Positions 1-13,047 of a stretch of 64,000 nucleotides of DNA are shown piece by piece. The translations under genes and the position numbers were made by a program. The stretch is from Euglena gracilis (Eukaryota): positions 48,959,847 through 49,023,846 of the forward strand of contig CP154954.1 of the NCBI GenBank assembly GCA_039621445.1, in the 5' to 3' direction. Every line of letters starts with the position of its first letter. Within the stretch, counting starts at the first letter, position 1. The notes under the pieces were generated by a model. It was not told the origin of the DNA and ran no database searches. It saw nothing but the letters and a program-made list of their open reading frames with translations.

Positions 1-101
1 GCCACACCTCCATGCACCCCCCCCCCCGTCTGCGCTTTTCATTTGTGCCGAGCGTGGCCAGAGCCCACCGGGGTTCCCACAGCGGCGCATGGCAGACACC
101 C

Positions 102-3100
102 CAGTGCGACCGTCCCTCCGCCGCCGCTCTCGACACGGAATCCGTGGCCTTCCTGCGGTGGGCCTTCGGGGCTGACAGCCTCGCCGCCGCCCTCGAGGAC
201 GCAGGGCTCGCACCGCTGGCCACCGCGTCCCCCGCTGTGGTGGCGGCCAACGACCAGCCGACTCCCCTGCCCCGTCCGGTGGGGGGAGGCAGAGACCTGT
301 GCGAACCCATTCGGGGTCTGGCCCCCACCCCTTCAGGTGGGGGTGCTTTTCAGGAACTCCTGGGTTGGCCGGCCACAGGTGCCGCCGCTGTTCCGGCTGG
401 CAGTGTGGGTGACATCGCCGGGGCAGGGGTGTCCTTGCGGCATTGCTGGTGTTGAGTTGCACGCCTGCTCCGGGCAGTTCATTCAGGAAGCTTCTTTCAT
501 GCCCTAGTTTGCACAGCTGAGATTTTCGGTAAGGTGCGTGTGTACATGCACCCACGCATGCATTCATGCAGAAGAAAAAGAAAGAAGATATGCATTCCAT
601 ACGTGAGATACACAGCAGCCTTGTCCTTTTTTCTTTCATTGTCTCTTCCATCAACTATCTAACCCCCGGGGGGTTACATTTTTAACCACTCATAATTCCC
701 AATCCGGTTTGGTGGTTGGGGTTGCAAGCAGGATTGGGCTCTAAGTTGACGTTTGGTGTTTTCCTGGAAGGGGTTCACAAAAGTGCCTTTTTGTCCTAAA
801 AGGTATTTTGGGTCGGTATTTTTGTCATCACGTTATGGGTTGGCATGTGGTGCACACGTGTTGGCAGATTTTGTTTTTGAATCCTTGTTCCCTTTTTGGC
901 CTGAGGGGCTTGAGTGGGAGGGGGGTTAGAAGCCTGTGACACCAAAATCTGACACGTGCCTGAAGGTGGAACATCGTGCCCAATGAAATCCGCGTGCACA
1001 GCATAATTTGTCCTGCACGCCCAATTGCATTGTGAAATGCGCCTTTTGCATTATTCCCAACACTCCTCCGTCTCTGATTTCACCAACCGCATTGCCCCAG
1101 CTCCCTGCTGATCAACGGACGTGGTGCCCATCGTCGTCGGTGCCTGTGTCGGGGCCTTCTTCCTCCTCCTCATCCTGGTGGGGTGGTACGTGTGGAAGTC
1201 CTCGCGTGGCCAGGGCCCTGGGGTCATGCTACCTGAGGCTGGCACCCAAATGAGGCCGAAACGCTGAATTCGCCGCACATGGTTTTAGTCTTCCGATGCA
1301 AAATGGTGTGTCAGTATGGCTGCTCTTTTGCAGCGGCAACGCTCCCCTTCATTTTTGGCCCAAAGCGCGGAGTGTCAAGCCACTGCGTGATAAGGTGACC
1401 TCTTAAAATAAAAGACTAGTTTTTGTAGTTTTTTTTGTAGTTTGATATCAAGGGATGAATATAACCAAGGACATCGTACTCAGACACCCTCACACTCAGC
1501 AAAGAAGATAACACTGGAATTCTTTCATCTTCCTCGCCCCTTCACCACAGAGGGACTGTCCTCTGAATGCACTTGTTTTATGTGTGTGCACGTCCGTGTT
1601 TTCCGTGTTTTGTATACATGTTCTTGTGTTTTCCATGTATGTCGTGTATGTGTGTGTGTGTGTGTGTGTTTTCCATGTTTTCCGGCGGTTTCTGACCGCT
1701 GAGGCGGCCCTTCCCGGGGCTGTGCAGGCGACATGCGGGCCCTGCGCAAGCAGTTCTCCGACGTGAAGGTGGCAGAGGACTGCGCCGAGGCCATCGCCTG
1801 CTTCGACCTGGATGCGGTGTCCTGGCCAGGCGTCTCTTGATTGCATGGGGTGGGGGGGGGCAGCGTTGACAACGTTGCCACCCAAGGATTGAGCCTTCGG
1901 CAGTATCGTCTGGTGCTCGATGGCTGGGTTCGTCAAGGTTTTCCCCGTCGGCAGCCAACCCCGGATGGGACACACCCCGGAAGGGGCTGACAGAAGCCTG
2001 GGCCCGGCTGTCCAACCTGACCAAGCCCAGCAAGATCCAGCTGGCGTTCTTGCGGATCGTCAACCTGCTGGTGGAGGTCAGACGGGGGGCATGCCACCCC
2101 GCAACCACCGGGAGTGGCGGGGGGTGCCGCCCAGTTCCCCGGCTCCGGCTCCCAGGCTCTTGGTTTTGTTCGGGGTTGGGGTCAGGGTCAGGGCTACAGT
2201 CGGGGTTCGACCGCCAATCCCGGCCCGCGCTTCCAGCACCATCCAACCATTTGGGCCAGGCCTCATGGCAGTCCTCACGCCCCAGCCTGCCCCCCACGCC
2301 AGCCGTTCATCCCGGACCAGCTGCTGAGCCAGCTGCAGACCGCTAGGCACGGGGCAGAGCCAGCCCTGCCGCCGACGCCGAAGCGGCCGCGCGGCAGCCG
2401 CGACGACCAGACGCTGCCAAGCACCCACTCCCGGTCCACCATCAGCTCTGCCGCCAGTCGGCCCAGCTCCGGCTTTGCCCTGGACAGCCACGGCTCTGCC
2501 TTCCCACGGCATTCCCGTCACATGACACAATTCGGGTGGTTTCGGGCGGAGGCGCATGTTTTTGGCTGCAAAAGCCAAAATTTTCGAGGAAAGGATCGAA
2601 AAAGGCCAAAAATGGTGTTTTGAGGGCTTTGGGGGTTATCTTCACTTCAGACTGGAAATTTCCCATCCACCTGGATTTGGGGTTTTTGCCGTTTGTTTGT
2701 GCACCAGTCAGATCCAACCTGGCAACCGGCTGGACGCACCCTCCCTGACCCCCTCCCGGGGAGGGGGGGGACCAGCCAGCACCTTGGTTTAGCCGTCATC
2801 TCTTTTCAACCAGCCTTGGGCCTTTAGAAGTCCCCCAATGCAAGGCCAGCTCCGACGTTGGGTTCAAAACCAAATTTACCGTGGTCACTGGAAGGCTTCA
2901 ACCCGCAGCGCGCGGAGTGGGCCTTCGCGCGTACGTTAAGGTGTCCGACCCCCCCCCCCCGGGGGAGGGGTCGGCCAGAAATGGCTGACAGTGGCCACTC
3001 AGCACCAAAGGCGCCGGAAAATTTTTGGGGGCTTTTGGCCAAAATCCATTGATTTTGTGATCCATTTTTGGCTGAGTGTCCAAAGTGACCGACCCCCCCC

Positions 3101-6100
3101 CCCGTGGGGGGAGGAGGGGTAGGAAGTGGGTGACTGGTTTTTTGACTGGTTTGAAAGTGGAAAGTGACCCCCCCAATCCCCCCTTGGCTGCACTAAGGCT
3201 TCTTGTCTGTTTGTGGGCGGCGCCAATTTTGCTTCTGGCCCAGGTTGCTGTGTGGTGGGAGGCCAGGGACCCCTTCCACCCGTGCTCTTGTGTTGCTCCG
3301 CCTGGCCGGGCGAGCACCTCTGGTGTAACCCACCCCTTCCCCCCGGGGTCGGGGTTCGGTGAGCAATGGTGTGAGTGGCAGCCTCCGCCATGGGCAGAGC
3401 TGTGTGGCCGCCTCCAAGCGTCTGGACAGCAAGTCGCAGGCCCCCTCGGAGGACTCCTCCGGGGGCCGGCGCGCCGGCCGGGGGGTACGGGTCCACCCCT
3501 ACGGGCCGCCCGCCGGCGCCGGTGGCCCCGCCTCGGACCGCTGCCGCCGCACCTGCGTGGGCCGCCCCCTGCAGCCCCCCACCCCCCAACACGCCAGTCC
3601 ACTTGAAGTGGACCCGGCTCCTTCCAAGAAATGAAATGCCCCCCCCCCCCGCCTCCAGGCATTTCGCTCTCCACACCTCTTGGGGGTCTTGCCCGCTGAC
3701 CGTCATCAGGGGGGGGGGCAGGTTTTCTTAAGCCAGGGGGGTTCCAGCCAACCATCACCTTTCTTCCAGCCACCACCTCCCAGTGGGCTGCAGACCCCCC
3801 GGGGGATCCGCAGCTAAATAAATCAATAATTACTAAATAGTATTACTCATTGCATTTCTAATAGTATGGTAATAATACAGCTAAATAAAGGTTGGGCCAG
3901 CCGGGCAAAGCAGGGCTGGACCGAGGAAATTTTCAGCGTGGGAAATTTCGGGGGTCAGTGACCATCTTGGCAAAATCGTCGTCTTTCATCCAACAATGAA
4001 AGTCAAAAGGGCACCCTTGCCCCCCCCATTGTCTTTGGGTGTTGGCAGGCGCCGGAGAGGGCGGGGGAGGGCGGCCCGGCGCCGCACGTACATGTTCGTC
4101 CGCTTCGCGCTGGACGGGGGGCCGGAGGCGGACCCGCTGGGCCAGTGGGCGACGGCGGTGGCCGCCCACGTGGTGGTGGCGGCGAAGGCGCACGGGGCGA
4201 CCATCGACAAGGTGACGTACGACAGCGTGGCCCTGCACTGGAACGTCAACGCCCAGGCGGCGGGCAGGCCGCGGCCTCGGAGGGGGCCGGGGTTCCTGGG
4301 CGTGCATCGGTGGGGTCCGCTTTTGTTGAGACTGCAATTGTGGGCTATTTTTTAGTCGTCATTGGCTAACTTCATCGTTTTGAGCACTTTTTGGCCTTGT
4401 TTTTTTCGGACATTTCTGGCATTTACTTGGCCACCTTTTTGGCCATTCTGAAGGCCCTCTTCGCAGTTTTTAGCTTAGCTCAGAGGCAAGTTTTGACCAT
4501 TTGTCACAATCTTGCCCAGTGGCGCGGCTTTTGCGCCACGTTTTCTTCATCAGTTCTGGACTTCAGCATTTCCATCAGGTAGGGTCCTCCTCTTGTCCTG
4601 GCAAAAACCTGCACACCCCCCCCCCCCGCAGCCCCACCACACGAAACAAACCCCCCCTCAGCCCGTCACCGTCGTCAACCCGGCACCGGTCTGGCGGTGG
4701 GTGCACCGCTGCAAGCGACGGCCCTGGCGATGGAGCTGGCATGCGCTTCGCAGATCCTGCCGCGGGGATTGCAGGACGACCTGCGCCCAGGGCCCGGGAT
4801 CTTAACCGATGGGGCCCCAGCATGGTTGGCGTGGAGGGACCATGCGGGGAAGGTTGGCGGGGGCTCACGAGAGGGTTTCTTTTTGAATTAATTGGGTGCC
4901 CCCGGTATGTCCAGGATGTTTCCCACCCGGTTTGTCCCAGGACGCACTGTGTCCACCCCCATGTCAGCGATACATTTTGAGAATGCCTTTAGTTTTTCTC
5001 TTGGGAAAGGCTCTGCAAACGAACTGTATAATTTTTCAGGGCAGCAGAATCATTTGGCTCTGCTTATCCGGCTCAATGGCAATAAATGCTTTTTCTCTCG
5101 AATTCGATGGCGCGGCCCAATATTTGGTTAAAACAGCGCCAAAGTCACATAAAACATGCATTAATGGTATTCTTCCCATGCTAATGGCACATTCCCAGAG
5201 CACTGGCATGTATTGAACCTGGGGGAGCACATTATTGAAATTGAACTGGGGGGAAATTGCCCCGGTGTCCCTAGACTGCAAGGTTGGGTTGCCGCCTGCG
5301 CCCTAGCCAGCTATTGCTCAAGGGGGGGGGGGGGGGGCTGGACTGCAGCTAGTCCAAACTTGGCGAGTGGAAATCCTAGTGGACCCCTTGGGGGGTGCAC
5401 TAGCAGAGCATTTTCCCAGTAACCGACACGAAGCGCCGAGTTTCTTGACCCCCAAAACTCACCAAAAGCCCATTTTTGGCCATTTTTGGGGTTTTTTTAT
5501 ACCAAAATCAGCCCAGAAACCCATCAAAAATTTTATTTCCACCTCGGCACACCAGCGCCAGAGGAAGTTCGGGGACCCCCCCCTGGGGGGGGGTCTCACC
5601 AGTCATTTTTTTCCAGCATCTCGCAAAGTGGCCAGCCAGTGGACCCCCCCAGTCCTTACGCAGTAGGATGGCCCGGCCCTGCTCCTGGCTGCTTATCGGA
5701 GCGGGGCACGGGGTGTGCACCGTCGCCACGGTGAGCGCGGCGGGGCAGCGGTTCTTCGTGGTGGGCAGGCACCTATGCCGACCGCAGCCGACCGCAGCCG
5801 ACTGCAGCTGACCGCAGCCGACCGCAGCCGACTGCTGCTGACCGCAGCCGACCGCGGCCGACCGCGGGTTTCAGGACTGTCATAGGTGGGGTGTCGACCG
5901 CAGCCGACCGCAGCCGACCGCAGCCGACCGCGCAACTTTTTTTCTAATTGATGTCAATTTTTCAGTGAGAATGAGGAATTAGGCTCATTTTTATCCCAGA
6001 TGTGTTGATTTTTTTATGGCTCATCTGGCTCATGTTGTCACTTTTGGCCACTTTTGGCCATTTTTGGCGCGTTTGTCCACTTTTGGCCCATTTGTCACCA

Positions 6101-8637
6101 TAATTCACCCATTTGGACCTATTTGACATTTTTTGGCCACTTTTTGCCCACTTCTTGTAATTTTGGGCCATTTTGTCCTGCTCTTGGGCCATTTTGGGCC
6201 ATTTTGAGCCATTTTTGACCATTTAAAGCCATTTTCGGCCTTTTCTTTTGTTATTTTTGCCCATTTTTTTGGTTTCTTTTTGGTCCAATTTGACCATTTT
6301 GAGCATTTTGTGCCAGTTTGTTGCCAAAAGTGAACAAAAGCTGCTAAATGACCCAAATTGGCCAAAAGCAGGGTCATTTTGGGCCATTTTTGGCTTTTTT
6401 GGACCACTTTGGGCATTTTTTTTGTTATTTTTGCCTGCTTTTGGAACTTTGGGCCATTTTAACCATTTTTTGCCACTTTTAGGCCATTTTTAGGTCACGT
6501 TTGACTGCTCTTCATGTCAAAAGCAACAAAAAGACGTTTAAAGTGGCCTGAAAGTGGCCAGAAGTGGGTAAAAATGACCAACAGCAGAGAAAAGTGGTCA
6601 AAAGTGGGTTAAAGAGGCCAAAAGTGGTCAAAAGAGGTCAAAGCAAAGCAAAAGCTGGCCAAAAGCAGCCAAAGCCCAGCAAAAAGTGGGCAAAAGCAAC
6701 AAAAGTGACCAAAAGAAAGCAAAAGGCAGGAAATAATGGGCAAAGGCAGCAAAAATCAACCAAAAGCAACAGTGGCCAAAAAACAGTCCAAAAGCACCAA
6801 AAACTGGCCAAAAGCAGCGAAAAGTGGCCAAAAGTCGGCAACAGTGGATTGTGTGATTGTGGTATATGCTCATTTTTTGCCACACAAGGGATTTTGTTAT
6901 TTTGGGGCCCTTGGACAGCAACAAAAGCAGCAACAAAAGGGACTTGCCCGCCGCCAAAACATGTTGGCAACCATAATTGACATCTTTTTTTTTAAAAAAA
7001 ATAGCAAAGCAATGTGTGTTTTTTTTGAAAGAATGCCAAATATAAAACAAACAAAGGGAAAATTTCATTGAAAAATTTGTGATGAAACACCCAAACCACA
7101 CTTTGAAACCGTGTAAAGTTGCCGTCGCCGTGGCTTCACGCCCGAACCGGCGTCCAGAACGCCGGTTCGGGCGAGAAGCCGGCGTCTGGGGGACCCACAA
7201 CAAAAAGTGCCAAAAAAAAGTGTCCAAAAGGGTTTGTAGACATGTGGCAATCATATCCAAGCAGTTTTTGGGGGGTTTTGGCCAGAAATTGAGGTATTTT
7301 GTGCAACCATTTCCATTTGGCCAAATTTGGGGAATTTCTGAAATAGAGGCCTGCCCCCCCCACCTACAGCCAACTACTTTGCCGACCGCTGCTGACCGCA
7401 GCCGACCGCAGCCGACCGCGGCCGACCGCAGCCGACCGCGGGCTAAAATTTGGAATCTGTCATAGGTGCTTGGTGGTGGGGGGCCCAGAGGTGACCAACG
7501 CGGTGGAGGTGGTGGTGCGGGAGGTGGCTTTGCCGCTGGGCTGCACCATCCTCCTGTCCAGTGCGTTGCAGCAAGAGGTGTGGCGGCCACGTCCACCCCC
7601 TCATTTCAAACGACCCAACGCTCCCCCCCCCCAATTCCCCCGAGTAGCCTATCAGGAAATTTCCACCAAACTGAATGGCGCCATTCCACCAAATCCAAGT
7701 TCGGATAATGACCCTGCAGAAGAGTGTGTGTGTGTGTGTGTGTGTGTGTGCCCTAGCGATTCACACCTCAAACTCTCCTGGTTTTTTTTGCCTAGATTAG
7801 GAGGATTTTTGAGGTGTGTCACACTCATATTCTTCATTATGGGATCTTTCCACGGATCTGAATTAATGATCTTAATTGGAAGTGTCAGTCGAGGGAAAAA
7901 AAGCCAGAGGATGGGCTGGTGGGATGGTATCAGAGCCCCACCCCATATTTTGTTCGTGATATTTCCACAAAGAGGAAGTGTGAGAAGCTGTCCGGAACCA
8001 AAATGTGCTGGTATTGGGGTGCATGCCATCGCCCATCGGCCACCACCGATGGGCTGACCGCCACCACCTCACCCATCCCCCCCCCCCGACAGGTGAAGTA
8101 CGGCTTCCGGTGCTCCCCACGCCTGTGGTACCGCGACGTCCTTTTCTGGGAGCCGGTGGAGCAGCGCGGCGGGTGCAAGACCGACGACGAGTGGATGTAC
8201 CAGATCCGCCGCATGGACGAGGACGACACTGCCCAGGACGTGGGCCGCGCCCTCCAGGAGGTCTTCCTCCTCGCCCGTGCCGGGGCCCGGCCAGCAATGA
8301 ATGCCTGTGTGAGTTGCACTGTCGATGGTCACGCCGTGGTCACGCCGCTGTCGCACTGTGGCCACTCCGTGGTCACGCCGTGGTCACACCATGGTCACAC
8401 CACAGTCACGCCGTGGTCACACCGTGGTCGCCTGATTCAGAAAGAACCCGGGCGGGCAGCAGGGCCGGCAGCCCCCCGCGCTTTGAGGTCTCCCTTGCGG
8501 CCAGGCCCCAACGCAGCGGCCAGCCTGGCAGCGCCCTCCTAGCGGAGGTCCACCGCATCCAGCAGGCGTTCGCGGAGGCCCTCACTCCGCAGGACTTGGC
8601 CAGCCTCCGCTCCTTGCAGGGGCCAGGCGCTGGCTGA
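102..8637 (+). CDS. Multi-exon, membrane-anchored adenylate/guanylate cyclase-like (class III, degenerate) gene; 5' part probably outside the window. Exons approx: ~102-257, ~1110-1205, 1728-1823, 2006-2080, 2301-~2481, ~3420-3560, ~4049-4261, 4699-4784, 5687-5762, 7478-7577, 8093-~8288, ~8503-8637
   Basis: GC3-rich exons join in frame: TM segment DVVPIVVGACVGAFFLLLILVGWYVW, then DMRALRKQFSDVKVAEDCAEAIACFDL...AFLRIVNLLVEVKPFIPDQLL. Cyclase-like core TYMFVRF...AKAHGATIDKVTYDSVALHWN (cf. GGxVDKFIGDAVMAFW), LLIGAGHG, GPEVTNAV, ILLS, DDEWMYQ; stop at 8635-8637. Family call is from motif recall, not a search; some junctions are unresolved. Confidence 0.75.
1824..2005 (+). other. Nonconventional (non-GT-AG) intron
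   Basis: t|ggcCAGGC ... GCCTGggccc|g; removal restores the frame (DAVS-W-LSNL); 8-nt flanks gtcctggc/ggcccggc match 6/8. Confidence 0.8.
2081..2300 (+). other. Nonconventional intron (probable)
   Basis: gacGGGGGGCA ... TGCCCCCCacgcc stem in the same +4/-6 register gives EVKPFIPDQ. A GT-AG alternative (2077-2302) cannot be excluded. Confidence 0.6.
4262..4698 (+). other. Nonconventional intron
   Basis: c|gggCAGGCCG ... CGGTCTGgcggt|g; in-frame join AQAA-GAPLQ; flanks gcggcggg/gcggtggg match 7/8. Confidence 0.85.
4785..5686 (+). other. Nonconventional intron
   Basis: c|gccCAGGGCC ... GGCCCTGctcct|g; in-frame join DDL-R-LLIGAG. Confidence 0.85.
5763..7477 (+). mobile_element. Nonconventional intron that is also a hAT-like TIR element (element 5766-7472)
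   Basis: TIR CAGGCACCTATG/CATAGGTGCTTG; perfect 8-bp duplication GTGGTGGG (5758-5765 and 7473-7480); subterminal GCCGACCGCA arrays near both ends; removal gives in-frame FFVV-GGPEV. Confidence 0.85.
5777..5931. repeat. 10-bp tandem repeat (GCCGACCGCA)n; second array at 7381-7440
   Basis: Tandem copies directly visible near both ends of the 5763-7477 intron. Confidence 0.95.
7578..8092 (+). other. Conventional GT-AG intron
   Basis: gag|gtgtgg ... ccccgacag|gtgaag; in-frame QQE-VKYG. Confidence 0.75.
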
Positions 8638-11600
8638 GTAGCGGTGGTACTCCTTTCTCACGCCGTTCAACGCAGTCACCTTCCTCCCCTCCTTCACACA
8701 CGCCAGTCTTCACACCTCACCACCCCGTTTGTCACCCAATTCCCCACACCCAACACCGCACCTACAAAGACGCACCGTGGTCAAACCAACCTACCATGAC
8801 TCACTGGGTGAAGAAAGACCCAAAGCGTTGGGCCATGTCCCACCTTCGACCCCCGGCTCCCGCCTGCCCGCCTGCCCATCACCGTGTGAGATTCGGCAGC
8901 ATGCAGCCCCCCGCAATGGGAGAAATCCCCCGCACCCCCTCCCATGGCAGCCCTTGCGCGGGTCCCTCCCGCGGCGCGGCGTTCAGGCCCCTCGCGTCCC
9001 CAGCTGCTCCAGCAAGCTTGCGTGGCCCCGATCCCTGTTCCGTGAGCCATTCGGGAATTGGTCGCCCTCCGGCCATAAAATTTCCTCCAGGATGCTGTGA
9101 CTCAACACAGACACACACACAACTTCACACACAAATTCACACACCCAAGTTCACATATACGCACAAAGGACTTCACACACAAACACACACACAAAACATG
9201 CACAAATGTCCATGCGTGCACACCACCAGCTGCCAGCGGGGTGCCTCCTCAGGGGGTGAGCCGGTGCCTGGCAGATTTCGTGCCATCCACACTCCCACAA
9301 CTACACCGAATCCCTTGTAATTTCCAACGTGTGACCGATCGCGGCCACAAGCTTGTTGGTCACCTCATTTACGTGCATTCTTGTAGCACTACGACACACC
9401 CCATTCCCAGCAATGGGCTGCACAGGGTTTTTCCAGCCAGTCCCATCCATTTTCTTAAGAACTGTCCAAAGAAGAATCATGGTGAATGATTCAAAATTTT
9501 GCTCTTTTTTTTGTGGTAGTTTATTGTAGTAAAAATTCATCCAGGATTGACAAAAAATACAGTAGACAGAAATATGCACCAAAAATTTCCCATTGAGGTT
9601 AATGGTAAAGTTTTGGGAAGTTTAATTTTGGAAAAATTCAGAATTGAGCCGTTATTTTAGCATTTTTTTTGCCATGTGTCGAGCAGTTTTGCCTTGCTTT
9701 CCATTGAAGAAGCTGAACAAATGCTGGCTATTTTGCCTCAAAAACGCCACCAAGGTCAATTCCTTGCCTGCCTTGTACATTCCATATTCCTGCAAATTTC
9801 ACTGTTGGATTCAATCGTTGGAGACTGTCTGTCCTCAGATTGCTGGACGAGGGTGGTAGAGTGAGAAGCCTGGGCGTCCAGCCAGCTGGCAAAAGGTTTG
9901 GCCACCCCCAGTGCAAGGAGGTCCAGGGAGCCACCCGGGTGGTGGGCTTGCAGGCTCGTGCAAGATTTCTTCCGTCCACCTTGGTTGCATTTTTTTTCAG
10001 TGAAAAAAAAAGTTTTTTTAACGGTTACGTTTTTTTCATGTTTTTTTCTTTATGCAGAGGAAACATTTGAAAGGCAACATGTTTGACTTTTTCCTTGATT
10101 TCCAACCCCAAAATCCAGCTTGGGGGGGGAGGTGCTGGCTGCCTGGGGGAAGGGTCCCCTCCAGCCGAGACAGTCCCCCGGCCATCATTTTGGGACGGTT
10201 TTTGGCGCACCCGACGGTACATCCCATCCCCTGCCCGCCCCCGCCTCTCCTCCCAACCTACCCCCCCCCCACCCTGCACTGTCCTGGCCATCGACCCACT
10301 TGACCCTCATGTGACCCTGGACCCCGGGATGGGTGGGTGTGGGCCGCGGGACCCGCCGGCCAGGGGGTGCGCCACGGGGATGCCCAACCCCGCCGCAGGC
10401 TGGGCTGAAGAAACGAAAGGGTTTCCAGCCGATTTCAGATGGCTCTGGGTTCAGTAGGCAGGTGAACGCCCCCCCCCCCCCCGGGTTGTGGGTGGGTGGG
10501 TGAGTTTATAAAAAAAGTAGGTGGATGGGTTTAGGCTGGGGGAGATGTAAACTCCCCCACTTACAAAACCCCCCGGGGGCCGACCAACCAAACTGGGACT
10601 TATACCCCCCCCCCCGGGGGAGAAAAATGAAAATTGCCAGGGACGATTTTTTTCGGCCGCAAACCACCCAAAAACTGATTTTTTTGGCAATTGTTTGAGA
10701 CCAACCATCACCAAAAATGACGTTTTTGACCAAATTTGCCAGAAAAGTGCCAAATTTGGGGGATTTTGGGGCCATTTTGGGGGCCGGATTTTCACCCACA
10801 ATTGCGGGACTTATAACCCCCCCACCCATAAACCCCTCTTCGGCCGACCAACCAAACCAGTTCCTATAGGTTTATAAGTGGGGGGGTTACGCACCCCCCC
10901 CCCGTCCCCGGCGGTCACCAAGTGGACCTATGGTCCCGACCCCTCCCATCCGGCCGCGGCCCCCGAGCCCACAAGGCTCGCCCCCAGCCGCGATGTCGCG
11001 GGGTTTGCGCCGGGTCACAGCCTGCGTGGCCAAGCCGACTGGGTGGCAGCTGCTGCCACCCAGCAGCCAAGCCCCAATCTCTTGACCCTCCCCCCACGGT
11101 CTGAGGCTTCTGTCGAGCGCCGTGTGGGGATTGATCTGACGGCCGGTGGGCGGGCGGCCGAGGCGGGCACCCGGGGCACCGAGGTGGATCAGGGTGGGGC
11201 CACCACCTCAACCCTCCTCCCAAATGTCAGCAATCCCTTCCTGCCTTCCGTGGGAAAGGCCGTGTCCAACTCCCTGGACACGGCCTCTGGCCATGGGACA
11301 AAACGTGCCCAACCCTAGGTTTGGCGTGCCTGGCGCAGCTGCGTTGTGCAGGACAATTGAGCACCCCCGTCGGAGGGTGGGATGCTCGAGATGAGTCCGT
11401 GGGGATTTATGTCCACCCCCCCCCCCCGGTGATCCCTCATTGGTCAGCTCTGGGAGCTGCTTTCGAGGGTCACATGGAACCAAGGTGAGGTGTTGTTCTG
11501 CACCCAAACTTTATCCCCAAAACATCAACCCATTTCTGACAGGGCATTGTTACCCCCATCCCCCAAAACGACACCCTCCCCTGCCGATTTTTAGCAAAAC

Positions 11601-12282
11601 CAAAAAAATTTAGACCCCCCAAAAATAAGCCCCCCTCGGGTTTTTGGGGGAAGACTCCCCCGCTAAAGCTGAAAATGCAGGGATTGAAATTGCCATTTTT
11701 TAAACAGAAAAAATCCAAAAAAAGTTAACCCTCCCAAATAAGACCCCTCTTTGAGATTTTAGGCAACGGACCCAAAAAGGAGACCTGGAGCCTTATTTTT
11801 GGGGGGTATCACATTTTTGGATTTCCTCTGGGATTGACATCTACAGTTTTCCCCACAATTTCTGTGGCATTCCACAATTTTCTCAAATTTTTGCAATTTT
11901 TTTTTAACTTTTGTGAAGTATTTCCAGGGTTTTCCCGCAATTTTCCTCCCGTGGGACTCATTTCAAGATAGCGTGATTTTCATGCGGCGAGTTGGATTTA
12001 TGTGATTCTGCGGGCCATTTGGAATAAAGAGTCAAAACATAATTTTTAATTTTTCTTACTGATTCCTAAAAGTGCCCATTTTTTCACCCAAAATTTCAGA
12101 ATAATAATTTGCAAAAAGCACATAAAAAAATGGCGACATTTATCAGAACTCCAGTGAACCAGGGAGGCTCATATTGGGGAAATGGTAAAAAAGTGGAAAC
12201 CTGTCAATTTTCAAAGGGGTTGACTGAAAAATTTTTCGCATTTTGTGGCAAATTTTACGATTGACGACCTTGGTATGAAGCT

Positions 12283-12524
12283 CAGGCTTCTTTTTAAGTC
12301 AGAAGACCCCCCGGTGGGGAGGGGGGGTGGGTGGGTGGGTCCGGGCTGGACCCCCCGGGGGGGGGCCGCACCGGAGGCGCCGGGATACCTTTTCGGCGCA
12401 AAGCGCCGAAGATTTTTGAAAATTGCCTTTAACGGGCCCGATTTTGGGGGGGGGTCCCCGCCCGAGGGGTCCCGCGCCCTGGGTGGGTGGGGGGGACCCC
12501 CCTGGGGTCTTAAAAAGAAGCCCG
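12283..12524. mobile_element. hAT-like MITE
   Basis: TIR CAGGCTTCTTTTTAAG/CTTAAAAAGAAGCCCG; perfect 8-bp TSD ATGAAGCT (12275-12282, 12525-12532). Confidence 0.9.
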
Positions 12525-12940
12525 ATGAAGCTCCACCAGAGCCCCCCATCAACGAAAAGCAATTATTGTTTTGGGTCTTCCTTCTCTTCCAGCCAGACTG
12601 GTCCAGCCTGCCATCACCAATATGGGTCAAGAAAGGAGCCTCCTCCAAAGACTCGCCAGGTCTTCCTCCTGCACTGCACTGCCAGCCAATGGCAGTGGAG
12701 TCCAAACTCGTCATGCACGCACACATGCAGGCGCATGTGGAAATGTACATACAAATCGTGAGCCAAGCAAATCCCCAACACGTGCTGAACTTTGAGTACA
12801 ACAGCCATATTGGACTGCTGGTAGGACAAGCGCAGTGTGATATCCATGCCAGTAATCCCCCTCAATTTAACAATGGATCGTTATCCAATTTTTGAGATTA
12901 TAAATGGGGAATCAGCATTGGGGGGATGTCAAAGAATGCT

Positions 12941-13047
<107 letters not shown>

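Noticed and set aside
1118-1267. TM exon running to TGA 1265-1267 as the end of a separate gene
   Set aside because: A splice at ~1206 joins it in frame to the downstream DMRALRKQF exon, consistent with one receptor-cyclase gene.
5777-5931. GCCGACCGCA and CCCAGTCACG (61040-61533) arrays as CRISPR-like repeats
   Set aside because: Head-to-tail 10-mers without unique spacers, eukaryotic context, no cas genes.
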